Source of the DNA: Spirogloea muscicola
Lineage: Eukaryota
Direction: 5' to 3'
Length of the DNA stretch: 26,801 bases
NCBI GenBank assembly: GCA_009602725.1
Contig: WELB01000007.1
Coordinates: 811,697 to 838,497 of the forward strand
Part shown: positions 1 through 9,881 of the stretch, piece after piece
How the letters are laid out: each line of letters begins with the position of its first letter
How positions within the stretch are numbered: position 1 is the first letter of the stretch
Notes under the pieces: generated by a model
What the model was told of the DNA's origin: nothing
The model's database searches: none
What the model saw: only the letters and a program-made list of their open reading frames with translations
Translations under genes and position numbers: made by a program

Positions 1-221
1 CGCCGTCAAGCGTCTCGCTGCACCACCTCGTGGACCAAGTCACCACGGTCGGATCCTCTGCTGTCACAATGGCCGCCAATTGGGATCGCGGGTTCAAACC
101 CCGTCGCGTCCTTGTAGCCTTATCATTGTTGGACCTTTGCTGGGCACCCACGCCCAAACCTGGCTCGAGAGCGAGCAATTCGTGCTGATTGCCCCGCGCT
201 GACGCCATCACCAGCCTGCAG

Positions 222-3200
222 GTGGCGCTGCGCTTCGTGTACGTGGCTGTGGGAGCTGCCATCGCCGCTTACCTGGGTCTGACATCCTTCACCCAGCCTG
301 TTCTTGTGTTCGTGTGCTCCTCATTGAGAACGTCTCGCCATCCCTGCAACACTTGTGATCAGGCTCTGTGGCCAGGCTGACAGCACAGGCAGCATAGGAT
401 AAGTACAACTACAGCTGTCTTTTTGGCCTGCGTTGTCTGCAGAGGTGGCATGCTGGATGCTGGCGGGCGAGCGCTTGTCAGCACGGATACGAGCTCTGTA
501 TTTGCAGGCTATTTTGCGGCAGGATGTGGCGTTCTTCGACAAGGAGACGAGCACAGGCGAGGTGGTGGGGCGCATGTCCGGTGACACCATCCTCATCCAG
601 GAGGCCACGGGCGAGAAGGTTTGTCTTGCCGCGATTGTGAGTTCTGCGTGACTTGGCATACGTTCGGTGCTCTGGGGCCTCGACAGGGCTTGCCCATCAC
701 CACGGCCGTGATGTGCACTGCCAGGCCGGCGGGGTCAGTTGGTCGGCCAGTTGCCGGCACTGATTGCTGCTTTGTAGGGGGCGCAGGTTGGGTCATGTAT
801 AAGGCTCATGGCAACGTTCCTGGCGGGGTTCGTCGTGGCGTTTGTGCGGGGTTGGGAGCTCACCCTCGTCATGCTGGCTGTCTTGCCGGTGCTGGCCGTC
901 TGTGGCGGCTTCATGGGCAGCCGCATCGCCAAGTTTGCAACCGCTTCGAGCGACGCGTATGCCGAGGCCGGGTCAGTCGTGGAGCAGGCCGTCGGTGGGA
1001 TCCGTACGGTAAGATCATTCGTAATCTCTACCGCAGCTCGGAGCCTTGCAGCAGAGGGGATGCGACTGGCAAGACAGATGTGCTGACAGGCTAAAAGCCG
1101 CTGCCTGGGTCGACGCCTGTGCCAGGTCGTCTCGTTTGTGGGTGAGAGCCGGGCGGTGGCGCAGTATGAGCGTGGCTTGGGGCGTGCGTATACAGTCGGC
1201 GTCAAGAGTGGGCTGGCTACCGGTCTGGGCATCGGATGTGCACTTTTCGTTATGTTCTCGGCATACGGCCTGGCCATGTGGTATGGCTCGCTGCTCGTGA
1301 CGCGGGGCGCCACAGTGGTCAATGGCTTCATTGTCGCTGCGGGCGCCTACAATGGCGGCCAGGTCCTCAGTGTCCTCTTCTCTGTCATCATTGGCGGCAT
1401 GTGAGTGCTGGACCTGCCAATCCTGGTCAACACATCTTGGCTGTAGCGCGTTCCAGCTCTGCAGTATTCTGACTACACTGGAGCCTGCATAGCTGTTTGC
1501 TCTTTCATTTAGTCAGACAATGTGATCGCAGTCCCAATTGTGCTTCTTACTGCAGGTCCTTGGGGCAGGCGTCGCCAAGCTTGGCGGCATTTGCAGCAGG
1601 CCAAGTTGCCGCTTACAAGATGTACGCTGTGATCGACCGTACGCCACCCATTGATGTGGAGGACGAGAGCGGCTTGACTCCTCCAGACATGGCTGGCGCT
1701 ATCGAGCTACGGAATGTGCGCTTTGCCTACCCCACGCGCGAGGACGTGGCAGTATTCTCAGACTTCTCCCTCTGCATTCCCGCAGGTGTGGCCAACTTTC
1801 CTGCCAACTTCTCATAGCAGATAGTGCAGTTGACGTCTGCCTGTACGTCTTCAGGCCATGATAGGTCTTCAGTCGTCGATTCCGCTGACCCAAAGCTTGC
1901 TGTTGCTAAGCAGGCAAGACTCTGGCGCTGGTCGGCGAGAGTGGCTCCGGCAAGTCCACGGTGGTGGCGCTTCTGGAGCGCTTCTACGACCCGCAGGGCG
2001 GTCAGGTGCTCATCGACGGCGTCGACATTCGGCGACTGCAGCTGCGCTGGCTGCGACGGCACCTGGCGCTTGTCAGCCAGGAGCCAGTGCTTTTTGGGAC
2101 ATCCATCCGTGAGAACATCGCCTATGGCAAGCCTGATGCAACAGACGCAGAGATTGCTGAGGCTGCCAGGATGGCCAACGTCCACAAGTTCGTCTCCTCC
2201 CTCCCCCAAGTGAGCCTCCTTATGTCATCTCACAGGCAGCCATCTAATCACAGTTGAGCCTCTCTGTGAAGCGGGCTTCTGCTACCAGTGTTGACTTCGA
2301 CTAGCTGTTTATGTCCATGTTTGTTGTAATCGATAGAGCTCTATGCTGCATTTCACCAGTTATCAAAGTGCCTTTCATAGTGAGCCTGTCCTTATTTGAG
2401 CTTAAGACAAGCTTAGTGATGTACGTGCTTGCCCCTGCTCGTGTCTTGCCAGGACTACGACACACAGGTTGGTGAGCGGGGCACGCAGTTGTCCGGTGGG
2501 CAGAAGCAGCGGGTGGCCATTGCCAGGGCTGTACTTCAGAACCCAAGAGTTCTCCTCCTGGATGAGGCTACCAGGTGGGCAGGCTGGAACGTGCCTCGCG
2601 TCGCGTCTCCTATGCTCTCATCAGCTCAGTTCGTGCCGTGTCGCGTGCATCATTCAGTCATAGACGATGTTGATTAGCTTGTCTGGCTACTGGCTTCATT
2701 CTTGTGTTGTAGGTTCACATCATGAGCTGCAGTATACTCTTACTTGCTCTCACACGAGTTATGCTCTTCTGATCTTGTAGATCGTTTTCTCTTGCGCACC
2801 TTCCTGTCTCCTCACTGCAGTGCCCTTGATGCCGAGTCTGAGCGAGTTGTGCAAGAGGCGCTCGACAGGATTATGGCTGGCCGCACAACTGTTGTGGTGG
2901 CTCACCGTCTGTCCACTGTTCAGAATGCAGATTTGATTGCTGTTTTGCAGAGGGGCGCTGTTGTAGAGACTGGTCAGCTTCTGCTGCAATATGACTCCAC
3001 TATTTTGTGAATCAAGTGACTGAGACTTGCAGCAAATGATTTGTAGAAGATTAGGCTAGATTTCAGTGTTTACAAACTGAAGATACAGGGCTTTGTTGAA
3101 TTAGTTGAAGATGACTGAATTTGATCAGAATCTGATAATGAGTTATTTGGATTGATTCATGGATAAGAAATAGCTCATTCAGGGTACCCAAGATTGAGGG

Positions 3201-6200
3201 CGGAGTGCCTTGGAAAGAGAGGCAGGCTGAGCTTTCATTGCTTTCCCAACTTCAGGGACGCACAAACAGCTGCTCATGCAGTCAGACGGTGCCTACTCGC
3301 AGCTGGTGCGTCTACAGCACATGGGCCCGGGGTTGGTGACGCTCCCCACGGCCGGCCCTTCCAGTGATGTTGATCTGTTATCCGTTGTGAGCCTGAGCTC
3401 CACGTCTGGGTTGGGTGCCAAGAATGCCTTGGGCCAGCAGGAGGGCATTCAGAAAGGTGTAATTGCTGATGATATAGCAGGTATGATAAAGGGTCTGGCA
3501 AAATATCAGTGATGTCATTGTGAAATTACAACTTGTATATAGTTGTATGTCTCCAGCCGTGTTTGCTTGATTTCTGTAATGTGACGTAGCTTCTTCCTGT
3601 GAGCCTTTGTTGATGACAGACAGCAACTTCCTGTGCAGGATTGAAGAAGCGCAAGAGCAAGATTTGGTCGTGCCTCAGCAGAGAGAGAACGCCGGACGAA
3701 GAGGAAGGTGCCGAGGTCAAGCGGCGCCCTCTGGACATCCCAATGCGACGGGTTGCTGTGCTCAACAAGCCTGAGCTACCATACGCTGTGCTTGGGACGT
3801 TGGCTTGCGTTGGCAACGGTCTCATCTTCCCGCTCTTCTCCATCCTTCTCTCCTCTATCATCAAAACATTCTACGTGCTGCGGGAGAGCAAGCTCAAGAG
3901 CGATGCCAGCTTCTGGGCAGGCATGTTTGTTGTACTTGGCGCCGCCTCCCTGGTCCTCCTCACGACGCAGATGTGGATGTGGGGGCTGGTCGGGTCTCGA
4001 CTGGTCAGGAGGATTCGTCGATTGACTTTTGCAGCCGTGCTCAAACAGGAAGTGGCCTGGTTTGATGACTCCCACAACTCTAGGTACGTTGTCCCTGAAG
4101 ATGAAGGGCCCCAGATATTGCAATGCCTTTCAGCAGTTTTAAGCATAGTCAGCATACATGGGGCCAATGGCATATCGACTTTGAGGAACCAAGGAAATGT
4201 AAGCGACTGATTGCCAGATTGCTGACCAGGTTCAATAGCGCATGGTGGAGCTGTGCAGCGGTGCAATAGGTGCGAGGCTGAACACAGATGCGGCACACGT
4301 AAAGGGAATGGTTGGGGACCGGCTCGCACTGCTCCTGCAAAATTGCGCTACGATTGTGGCCGGCCTTGTGATTGCATTCCGCGCTGGCTGGCAGCTGTCG
4401 CTTGTGATACTATCTGTCGTGCCTCTCCTGGCCATTGCTGGATACGTACAGGTCTCCTCTCTGAAGGGCTTCAGCGCAAATGCCAAGGTTCGATATCTTT
4501 GGTGGGCCTTTATGCATGGCGTGGAATGTGTGCTGGCTCGTAAGGTGGAATGTGTGCTGGCTCGTAACGTGTATTGCCATATTGCCCATGTCAACCTAGC
4601 AAGTCACGGGCAGATGGCAGTGTTGGTGACACTTGTGCTGCAGTCCAGCTATATACGCACAACTGTGATGAGTAGGGGTACAGCCAGGCGAAGCTGTTGT
4701 GGGGCTTGTGAGCCATTCTGCCTGACTGGCATCCGGTCCCTAATGTTTCCAACATAATCTACTGATCTGTAGTAGTGTCTTTGGCTGCTTGCCAGTTGAT
4801 GTATGAGGATGCCAGCCATGTGGCAAGTGAGGCCGTGGGTAGCATCCGCACTGTGGCAGCTTTTACTGCAGAGAAGAAGGTTCTGCAATTGTACAAAGAC
4901 AAATGCGCCATGCCCATGCAGGCTGGCATACGTCAGAGCCAGGTTGCTGGTGTCGGGCTGGGTTTTGCAAATTTTGTGTTGTTCTCTACATACGCGCTCG
5001 CCTTTTGGTATGGAAGCACACTGGTGGAGGATGGAAAATCGTCATTCAAGAAGGTCTTCAATGTAAGACTTGGCTGTGGCCCAGAGTATCCTCTATGACC
5101 TACTGGTGTGAGAGTGTTGGGCAGATTGGCCAGCCTTTAGCCAATGACAAGCAGGGCTTGATGTCTGACGGGCTGACGTGGTGTTTGAAGCTTCTTGCTC
5201 TGCGTTCTACAAACAATAGTCACTGACACAGATTGTGCATGCACTATGGCCTCCTCTTCTAGGTCTTCTTTGCCATCGTGATGAGCGCTATGGGGGTTGC
5301 TCAAAACTCCGGCTTTGCACCAGACTTCTCAAAGGTGCAGGTTGCCGTCAATTCCATTTTTGCTATTCTGGATCGACAGCCTGTCATTGATGCAGCAGCA
5401 CCCGGACGGGAGCTGGTGAGCGTGAGAGGTGACATACAGCTCAATCAGCTGAAATTTTGCTACCCAACGAGGCCGGATACTGTTGTCTTTGATGGACTCT
5501 CCCTCAGAATAAGGGCTGGCCAGGTCAGAGAGTGCACGACGATCTGCCCTTCGACGGAAAATGGACGTGCTCATTCTGCATCGTGCCACTTTTATATAAG
5601 TGCGTAATGGACATGCTTCTGCCTGCTCTTAGCTGCAGCCCTTCTGCAGCACCTCATTGGCATTGGCCTTTGATGCGAGCTTTTTGTGACCAGACTATGG
5701 CTTTGGTTGGGGAGAGTGGGAGCGGCAAGTCCACGGTGATAGCATTGCTGGAGCGCTTCTACGACCCCCTGTCGGGCTCCATCACGATTGACGGCGTGGA
5801 CACCAGGACATTGCAGCTCAAGTGGCTGCGGCAGCAGATGGGCCTCGTCAGTCAGGAGCCTGTGCTGTTCGACGCGACGATTCGTGACAACATTGCGTAT
5901 GGCAAGGGTGGTGCGACTGAGGAGGAGATTGTGCAGGCAGCCAAGGCCGCCAACGCGCATCGCTTCATACTGGACCTGCCGTCGGGCTACGAGACCAGGG
6001 TTGGAGAACGAGGCATTCAGCTCTCCGGTGGTCAGAAGCAGCGGGTGGCCATTGCCAGGGCCATTGTGAAGGACCCCAGGGTTTTGCTCCTTGACGAGGC
6101 AACTAGGTAATTGGTTTAAAGCCAGATTGCCTTCTCCTGGATTGGGAATTGGCATTACCTCTGCTATGCTTATATATCATCTTTCTGATTCCTGTTGCTC

Positions 6201-6443
6201 ATGCTCCTGTGCAGCGCTTTGGATGCGGAGTCAGAGCATGTTGTGCAGGACGCGCTTGACAAGGTGATGGTTGGCAGGACAACAGTAGTAATTGCGCACA
6301 GGCTGACGACCATCAGGGATGCTGATGTCATTGCTGTCGTTAAGCAAGGGAGGATAGCAGAGCAGGGCAGGCACGAGGAGCTCCTACGCATACCGGGAGG
6401 AGCGTACTCCTCCTTAGTCAAGCTACACCAAGCGTCGACTTAA
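222..6443 (+). CDS. ABCB: Full-size ABCB (MDR/PGP) transporter, TMD1-NBD1-TMD2-NBD2; 5'-partial (first exon(s) upstream of window); closest in style to plant ABCB4/11/21
   Basis: 15 exons joined in frame by GT-AG introns: 222-276, 443-618, 787-1008, 1126-1400, 1556-1785, 1914-2209, 2453-2574, 2821-2972, 3256-3480, 3639-4083, 4259-4487, 4796-5062, 5263-5523, 5694-6106, 6215-6443 (TAA). Both halves carry Walker [11 protein letters not shown]-loop VSQEPVLF, signature [14 protein letters not shown], Walker B/D-loop LLLDEATSALD and H-loop AHRL. Plant ABCB TMD motifs are present ([22 protein letters not shown]). Confidence 0.96.
4521..4568 (+). repeat. 24-bp tandem duplication inside an ABCB intron
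   Basis: GTGGAATGTGTGCTGGCTCGTAA(G/C) occurs twice in tandem. Confidence 0.9.
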
Positions 6444-6916
6444 AGCTAGTCCGACATAACTATGCCCAATTGGCCAATCGGCCTCGTCAGCCCTGCTGAC
6501 ATGTATAGCTGAGCTACTCATTAGAGGGCGACAGATTCATTAGGCAAACGCAATCATTGTGTTACAGCAGCGTGCTTTGAGCCCTCGCGCACGTGCTGCA
6601 GGCTGTTGGGGACTGGTTATCTACGTAGTCCTCTCAGTTGATTGTACATAGAAGTGGCATCGCAGGCTCACTTCACTCCTTGTGTTGTGGGGGCTGTCAA
6701 GCTGCCTTGAGCAGAGCAAGAAGGTGCCCTCTGGCTGGCTAGAATCATAGGTCTGGGAGGGAGCCGGTGGCGCGCCACAATAGGGCAGTGGTTGCGGAAT
6801 CCCAGCCCAGAAAGAATGGACAAACTCGGCGGGGTGGCCTCCGAGCTAGACCGCGGGCGCACAGCTGCAGAGGAGAGAGAGAATGCAGAGTGGAACAGCT
6901 CTTCCAATGTATGGCT

Positions 6917-7025
6917 ACGGCTGTGAGAGGCCAGCCCAAAGGCTGGCCCCTTTGGGAGAGCCACTTTCTTTACGCCCGAAGGACTGTCCAGGAGAGACAC
7001 TCTTCCAGTAGAGGGCGATGGCTCG
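6917..7025 (+). repeat. Dispersed repeat module A copy, including an 8-bp hairpin GGCCAGCC-caaa-GGCTGGCC (6929-6948)
   Basis: GGCTGTGAGAGGCCAGCCC, TGGGAGAGCCACTT and CTCTTCCAGT..AGGGCGATG are shared with many other intergenic sites. Confidence 0.7.
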
Positions 7026-7137
7026 AGGTCTGAAACACCGGAAGAGCGGGCAGCCGCTACGGGATGGTTACTCAGTGGCGCCTGGTTCAAGGGGCGAGGA
7101 AAGGCGGCTCGCCACCACCGGAAGCCGAGCCGTAAAG

Positions 7138-7207
7138 GAAAGTGCGCGCTCGGTGCGCATGAATCGAAAGGGAGGACCAATTCAAGCCACTACATTGTGC
7201 AGGCAGA
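7138..7207 (+). repeat. Dispersed repeat module B copy
   Basis: GCGCGCTCGGTGCGCATGAATCGAAAGGGAGGACCAATT...TACATTGTGCAGGCA matches 8517, 8878, 13846, 15938 and 24730. Confidence 0.75.
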
Positions 7208-7397
7208 GCGGCAAAGAACGGCGGCGGGTGGTGGTGGTGCTCGAAGCGAGAGGGCTCTGGGTTCCAGCCAACGCCGCCTGCACGCGGGGAGAATGCGTCG
7301 AGATATTCCCCGCTATGGCCCGCGCGCTGCACCTGCGTGCCGGACGAGCCCCTCGCTGCTGCCTCTGGCTTTGGCCAGGGGGACCCGCTCTGACCCT

Positions 7398-7722
7398 GGG
7401 GCTGCTTAGCAAGGGTTACTGACTAATACGTAGCTGCTTTGTGTCTTGTTGTACTTGTTTATTTAGCGCTTCCCCGGCCCCCTTCTCGTACTTTGTTCAT
7501 TCTTTATTGGGCTGGCTTTTCAGCCCATATCCTCAATGGGCGAGCCCTCCCCTTCCAAAAACCCAGTTTCTCTGACTTGAGGCTGCTTAACAGGGATTAC
7601 TGAGCGCTTCGTAGCTACTTACTTCCTTGTTTTTCTTAGAGCTTCACCTGGCCCCTTCTCGTCCTTTGTTCATTCTTTTTGGGCTGGCTTTTTCCTGCCC
7701 CCATCCTCAATGGGCGAGCCCT
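7398..7722 (-). repeat. Two ~150-bp imperfect direct repeats (~7398-7550 and ~7579-7722), module A family in reverse orientation
   Basis: Both units share GGCTGCTTA...TTACTGA...CGTAGCT...GGCCCCTTCTCGT.CTTTGTTCATTCTTT..GGGCTGGCTTTT...ATCCTCAATGGGCGAGCCCT. The reverse complement resembles 8203-8420. Confidence 0.85.
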
Positions 7723-7734
7723 TCTTCTTGATAT

Positions 7735-7951
7735 TGTAGCGGATAGGGCTAACCGATAATCAGTAGCCCGCGGTTAGTGGTTGATGTCATAGACGATGCC
7801 CATAGATACCGGGAACCGGACGGGTGTCACACCCTGCAGGATACCCTTTCCGCCCTGAGTCTGGCCCGTTACAATATTTATGGGCATCGTCTATTACATC
7901 AACACCCTAACCGCTGACTACTGATTACCGGTTAGCCCTAGATCCGCTACA
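7735..7951. mobile_element. Small TG..CA element forming a ~75-bp-arm inverted repeat (solo-LTR nested in an inverted older copy, or a Ginger/MITE-like TIR element)
   Basis: 7735-~7808 is an imperfect reverse complement of ~7875-7951. Sub-element 7735-7873 begins TGTAGCGG, ends CCGTTACA and is flanked by ATAT on both sides (7731-7734, 7874-7877). Confidence 0.75.
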
Positions 7952-8202
7952 TTATGCTGACAGGGGTGGTGGCGCAATGACGCTGTCTAGGTGGGCATCC
8001 CGCACGGTGCTGACGCCCGGGCGCGGCAGGGCGCACCGAGCCCGGAGCGGGTGCCACGTGCGATGGGTGGGGCGCCTCCCTCCTAGTCTGTGCCGACGCG
8101 TGGGCCCCCCCTGGCTTGCGCGCCCGGCGGGGGTTGCTCGGGAAAAGCGGCGGAAGAAATCGTGAACTGGGGTGAGCTGCCGGTTCCCGTTGGGCAAGAG
8201 AA

Positions 8203-8420
8203 GAGGTGGCTCTCCCAATGGGGGCAAGAGCTTTGAGAAGCCCGTAAAGAATTGACAAGGTTCGAAGGGGCCAAACTACGAGCTAAGCAGCAACTACGGG
8301 GCCTGAAGAAGAAGTGGCTCTCCCAATGGGGGCAAGGGCTGTGAGAAGCCAGCCCGAAAAGAATTGACAAGGTTCGAAGGGGCCAAAGTACGAGCTAAGC
8401 AGCGACTGCGGGGCCTGAAG
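8203..8420 (+). repeat. Tandem pair of ~108-bp units (module A family)
   Basis: GTGGCTCTCCCAATGGGGGCAAG...AAGAATTGACAAGGTTCGAAGGGGCCAAA.TACGAGCTAAGCAGC.ACT.CGGGGCCTGAAGA occurs twice. Confidence 0.9.
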
Positions 8421-8516
8421 AGGCTACGGCAGAAGGGGGAGGATGGACCACTCAGTACTTACGAGTGAGGAGCCTCAAATCCGACAGACTATGGGCAAGA
8501 AGACGAAGAGGACAGG

Positions 8517-8592
8517 GAAGGCGCGCAGTGTGCATGAAATGAAACGGATGGACAATTAAGGCAGTACACTGTTCAGGCAAAAGCTAGTGCAT
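8517..8592 (+). repeat. Dispersed repeat module B copy
   Basis: GAAGGCGCGCAGTGTGCATGAAATGAAACGGATGGACAATT...TACACTGTTCAGGCA. Confidence 0.7.
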
Positions 8593-8877
8593 AATCTGGG
8601 GCCTCTCAAGTCGTAGCAATATGCTGAGGCGGCTAAGGTAGGCGCCAATGCAAGCCAATACACTGCTCAGACAGTTCTTTCTTTTCGGCACCGTTTTGTG
8701 GCCTTTGGATATCGTCCATTCTTTCCTGGGCTGGCTTTGCTAGAAAGAAAGCGCTCGCTCATAGAGAAGAGGGGCTGGCAAAGCTAGCCCCTCGTTTCCT
8801 ATGTGCGAGCAATTTCTTTCAGACAAGAGCTAGTGCAAGAAGTGGGGCAACATAAGAAGAGAGTCTCTTCCAGACGA

Positions 8878-9020
8878 GAGAAGGCGCGCGGTGCACATGA
8901 AATTGAAAGAGAGGCCAATTCTAGCCTTACAGATGTCCTGGTACGGGGTAATGAGTTGGCTGAGAGGGGCCCTAATGTCCTCGAGAAAGCACATACATAT
9001 CTGACAAGCTAAGCTGAGGA
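8878..9020 (+). repeat. Dispersed repeat module B, long copy
   Basis: About 140 bp, clearly alignable with 15938-16080: GAGAAGGCGCGCGGTGC.CATGAA.TTGAAAG.GAGGCCAATTCTAGCCTTACA.ATGTCCT...GGGTAATGAG.TGGCT...AGCACAT.CATATCTGACA.GCTA..CTGAGG. Confidence 0.88.
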
Positions 9021-9642
9021 GCAAGAGGGCGATGGCTGTGATTGGGGAAAAAGCCACCCCGCCTCCTATTGGGGGAAAGCCGCCGCTCTGGGTCCCGGTG
9101 ATGGACGGCGCGACGGCACGGGCCGCCATTGGTGAGCAGCCCGCTCCCATTCGACGGGAGGCCGCGGGCTGCCGTAGGTAGGCTCCCACCGATGGAGACG
9201 GGCGCTCGGAAGCGAGAGGGGGGCTTGCTGCGTGGTCGCAGGGCCGGCCGAGCCGACGGACGGCGGAAGCCGTGGTGGCTTCCCAATGGCTTCCCAACGG
9301 CGCCCTCCTCCACTGGGAGAGCCACTTCTTCCCCCAAGTGGGCGGCCAGACGGGCCGATTGGTGGCGCGCCCGAGAACGGCCCGCCGCGGTCGACACCGC
9401 CGGCCGAGACCACCACCCCCACCACCCGCGCCAGCCGGCCCTCGCTCCGGCCATGCCGCCGCCGCCGCCGCCGCAATCGCCGTCGCCATCGACGCACTGC
9501 CGTGCTGCGTGACCCGGGGGTGTCGTAGCCGCCGCCCCGGCGTCGGCTACTCCGCGTGCGTTCTCGTGCCTGTGGCGGGAGCAGCCGGCGGGAGGAAATT
9601 GCTGTCCTACAGGCGCTGCAGAAACGGCCCCCGAGGCAGGCC

Positions 9643-9729
9643 ATGGCGGCCGTGGCAGACCCGCCTCCGTTCCAGGAGGCGCCCGCATGCTCCATCTGCA
9701 GCTGCGCGTGGACGACTTTCCGCCGGCGC
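9643..9729 (+). CDS. Exon 1 of a small plant FYVE zinc-finger protein (often annotated VPS27-like); remainder lost at the N at 9881
   Basis: Encodes MAAVADPPPFQEAPACSICSCAWTTFRRR, then a GTACGT donor. This matches the plant PPPFQEA-x-CxxC-x-F-x-TFRRR|HHCR FYVE start. A plausible acceptor TAG at 9876-9878 is followed by CA-n, compatible with the first His codon of HHCR. Confidence 0.75.
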
Positions 9730-9881
9730 GTACGTTGCCTTTCCGCATCTTTCCCTCGTTCCTGATATCATAGCGGCCGGAAGCTGTGATATGCTTCTGG
9801 CGTGTTCTTGTGTGCTTCCAAGTCCTTGCCACTGGTCGAGTCCGCTAAGTCGTCCTTGTTCTATCGGGACTTACTTAGCAN

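Noticed and set aside
6767..7033. Recurring peptides AVRGQP and WESHF in many small ORFs, suggesting a peptide family
   Set aside because: They are translations of the module A DNA repeat in varying frames and strands, with no conserved start or stop.
8203..8420. Possible CRISPR-like repeat array
   Set aside because: Only two near-identical long units, with no unique spacers or cas genes, in a eukaryotic context.
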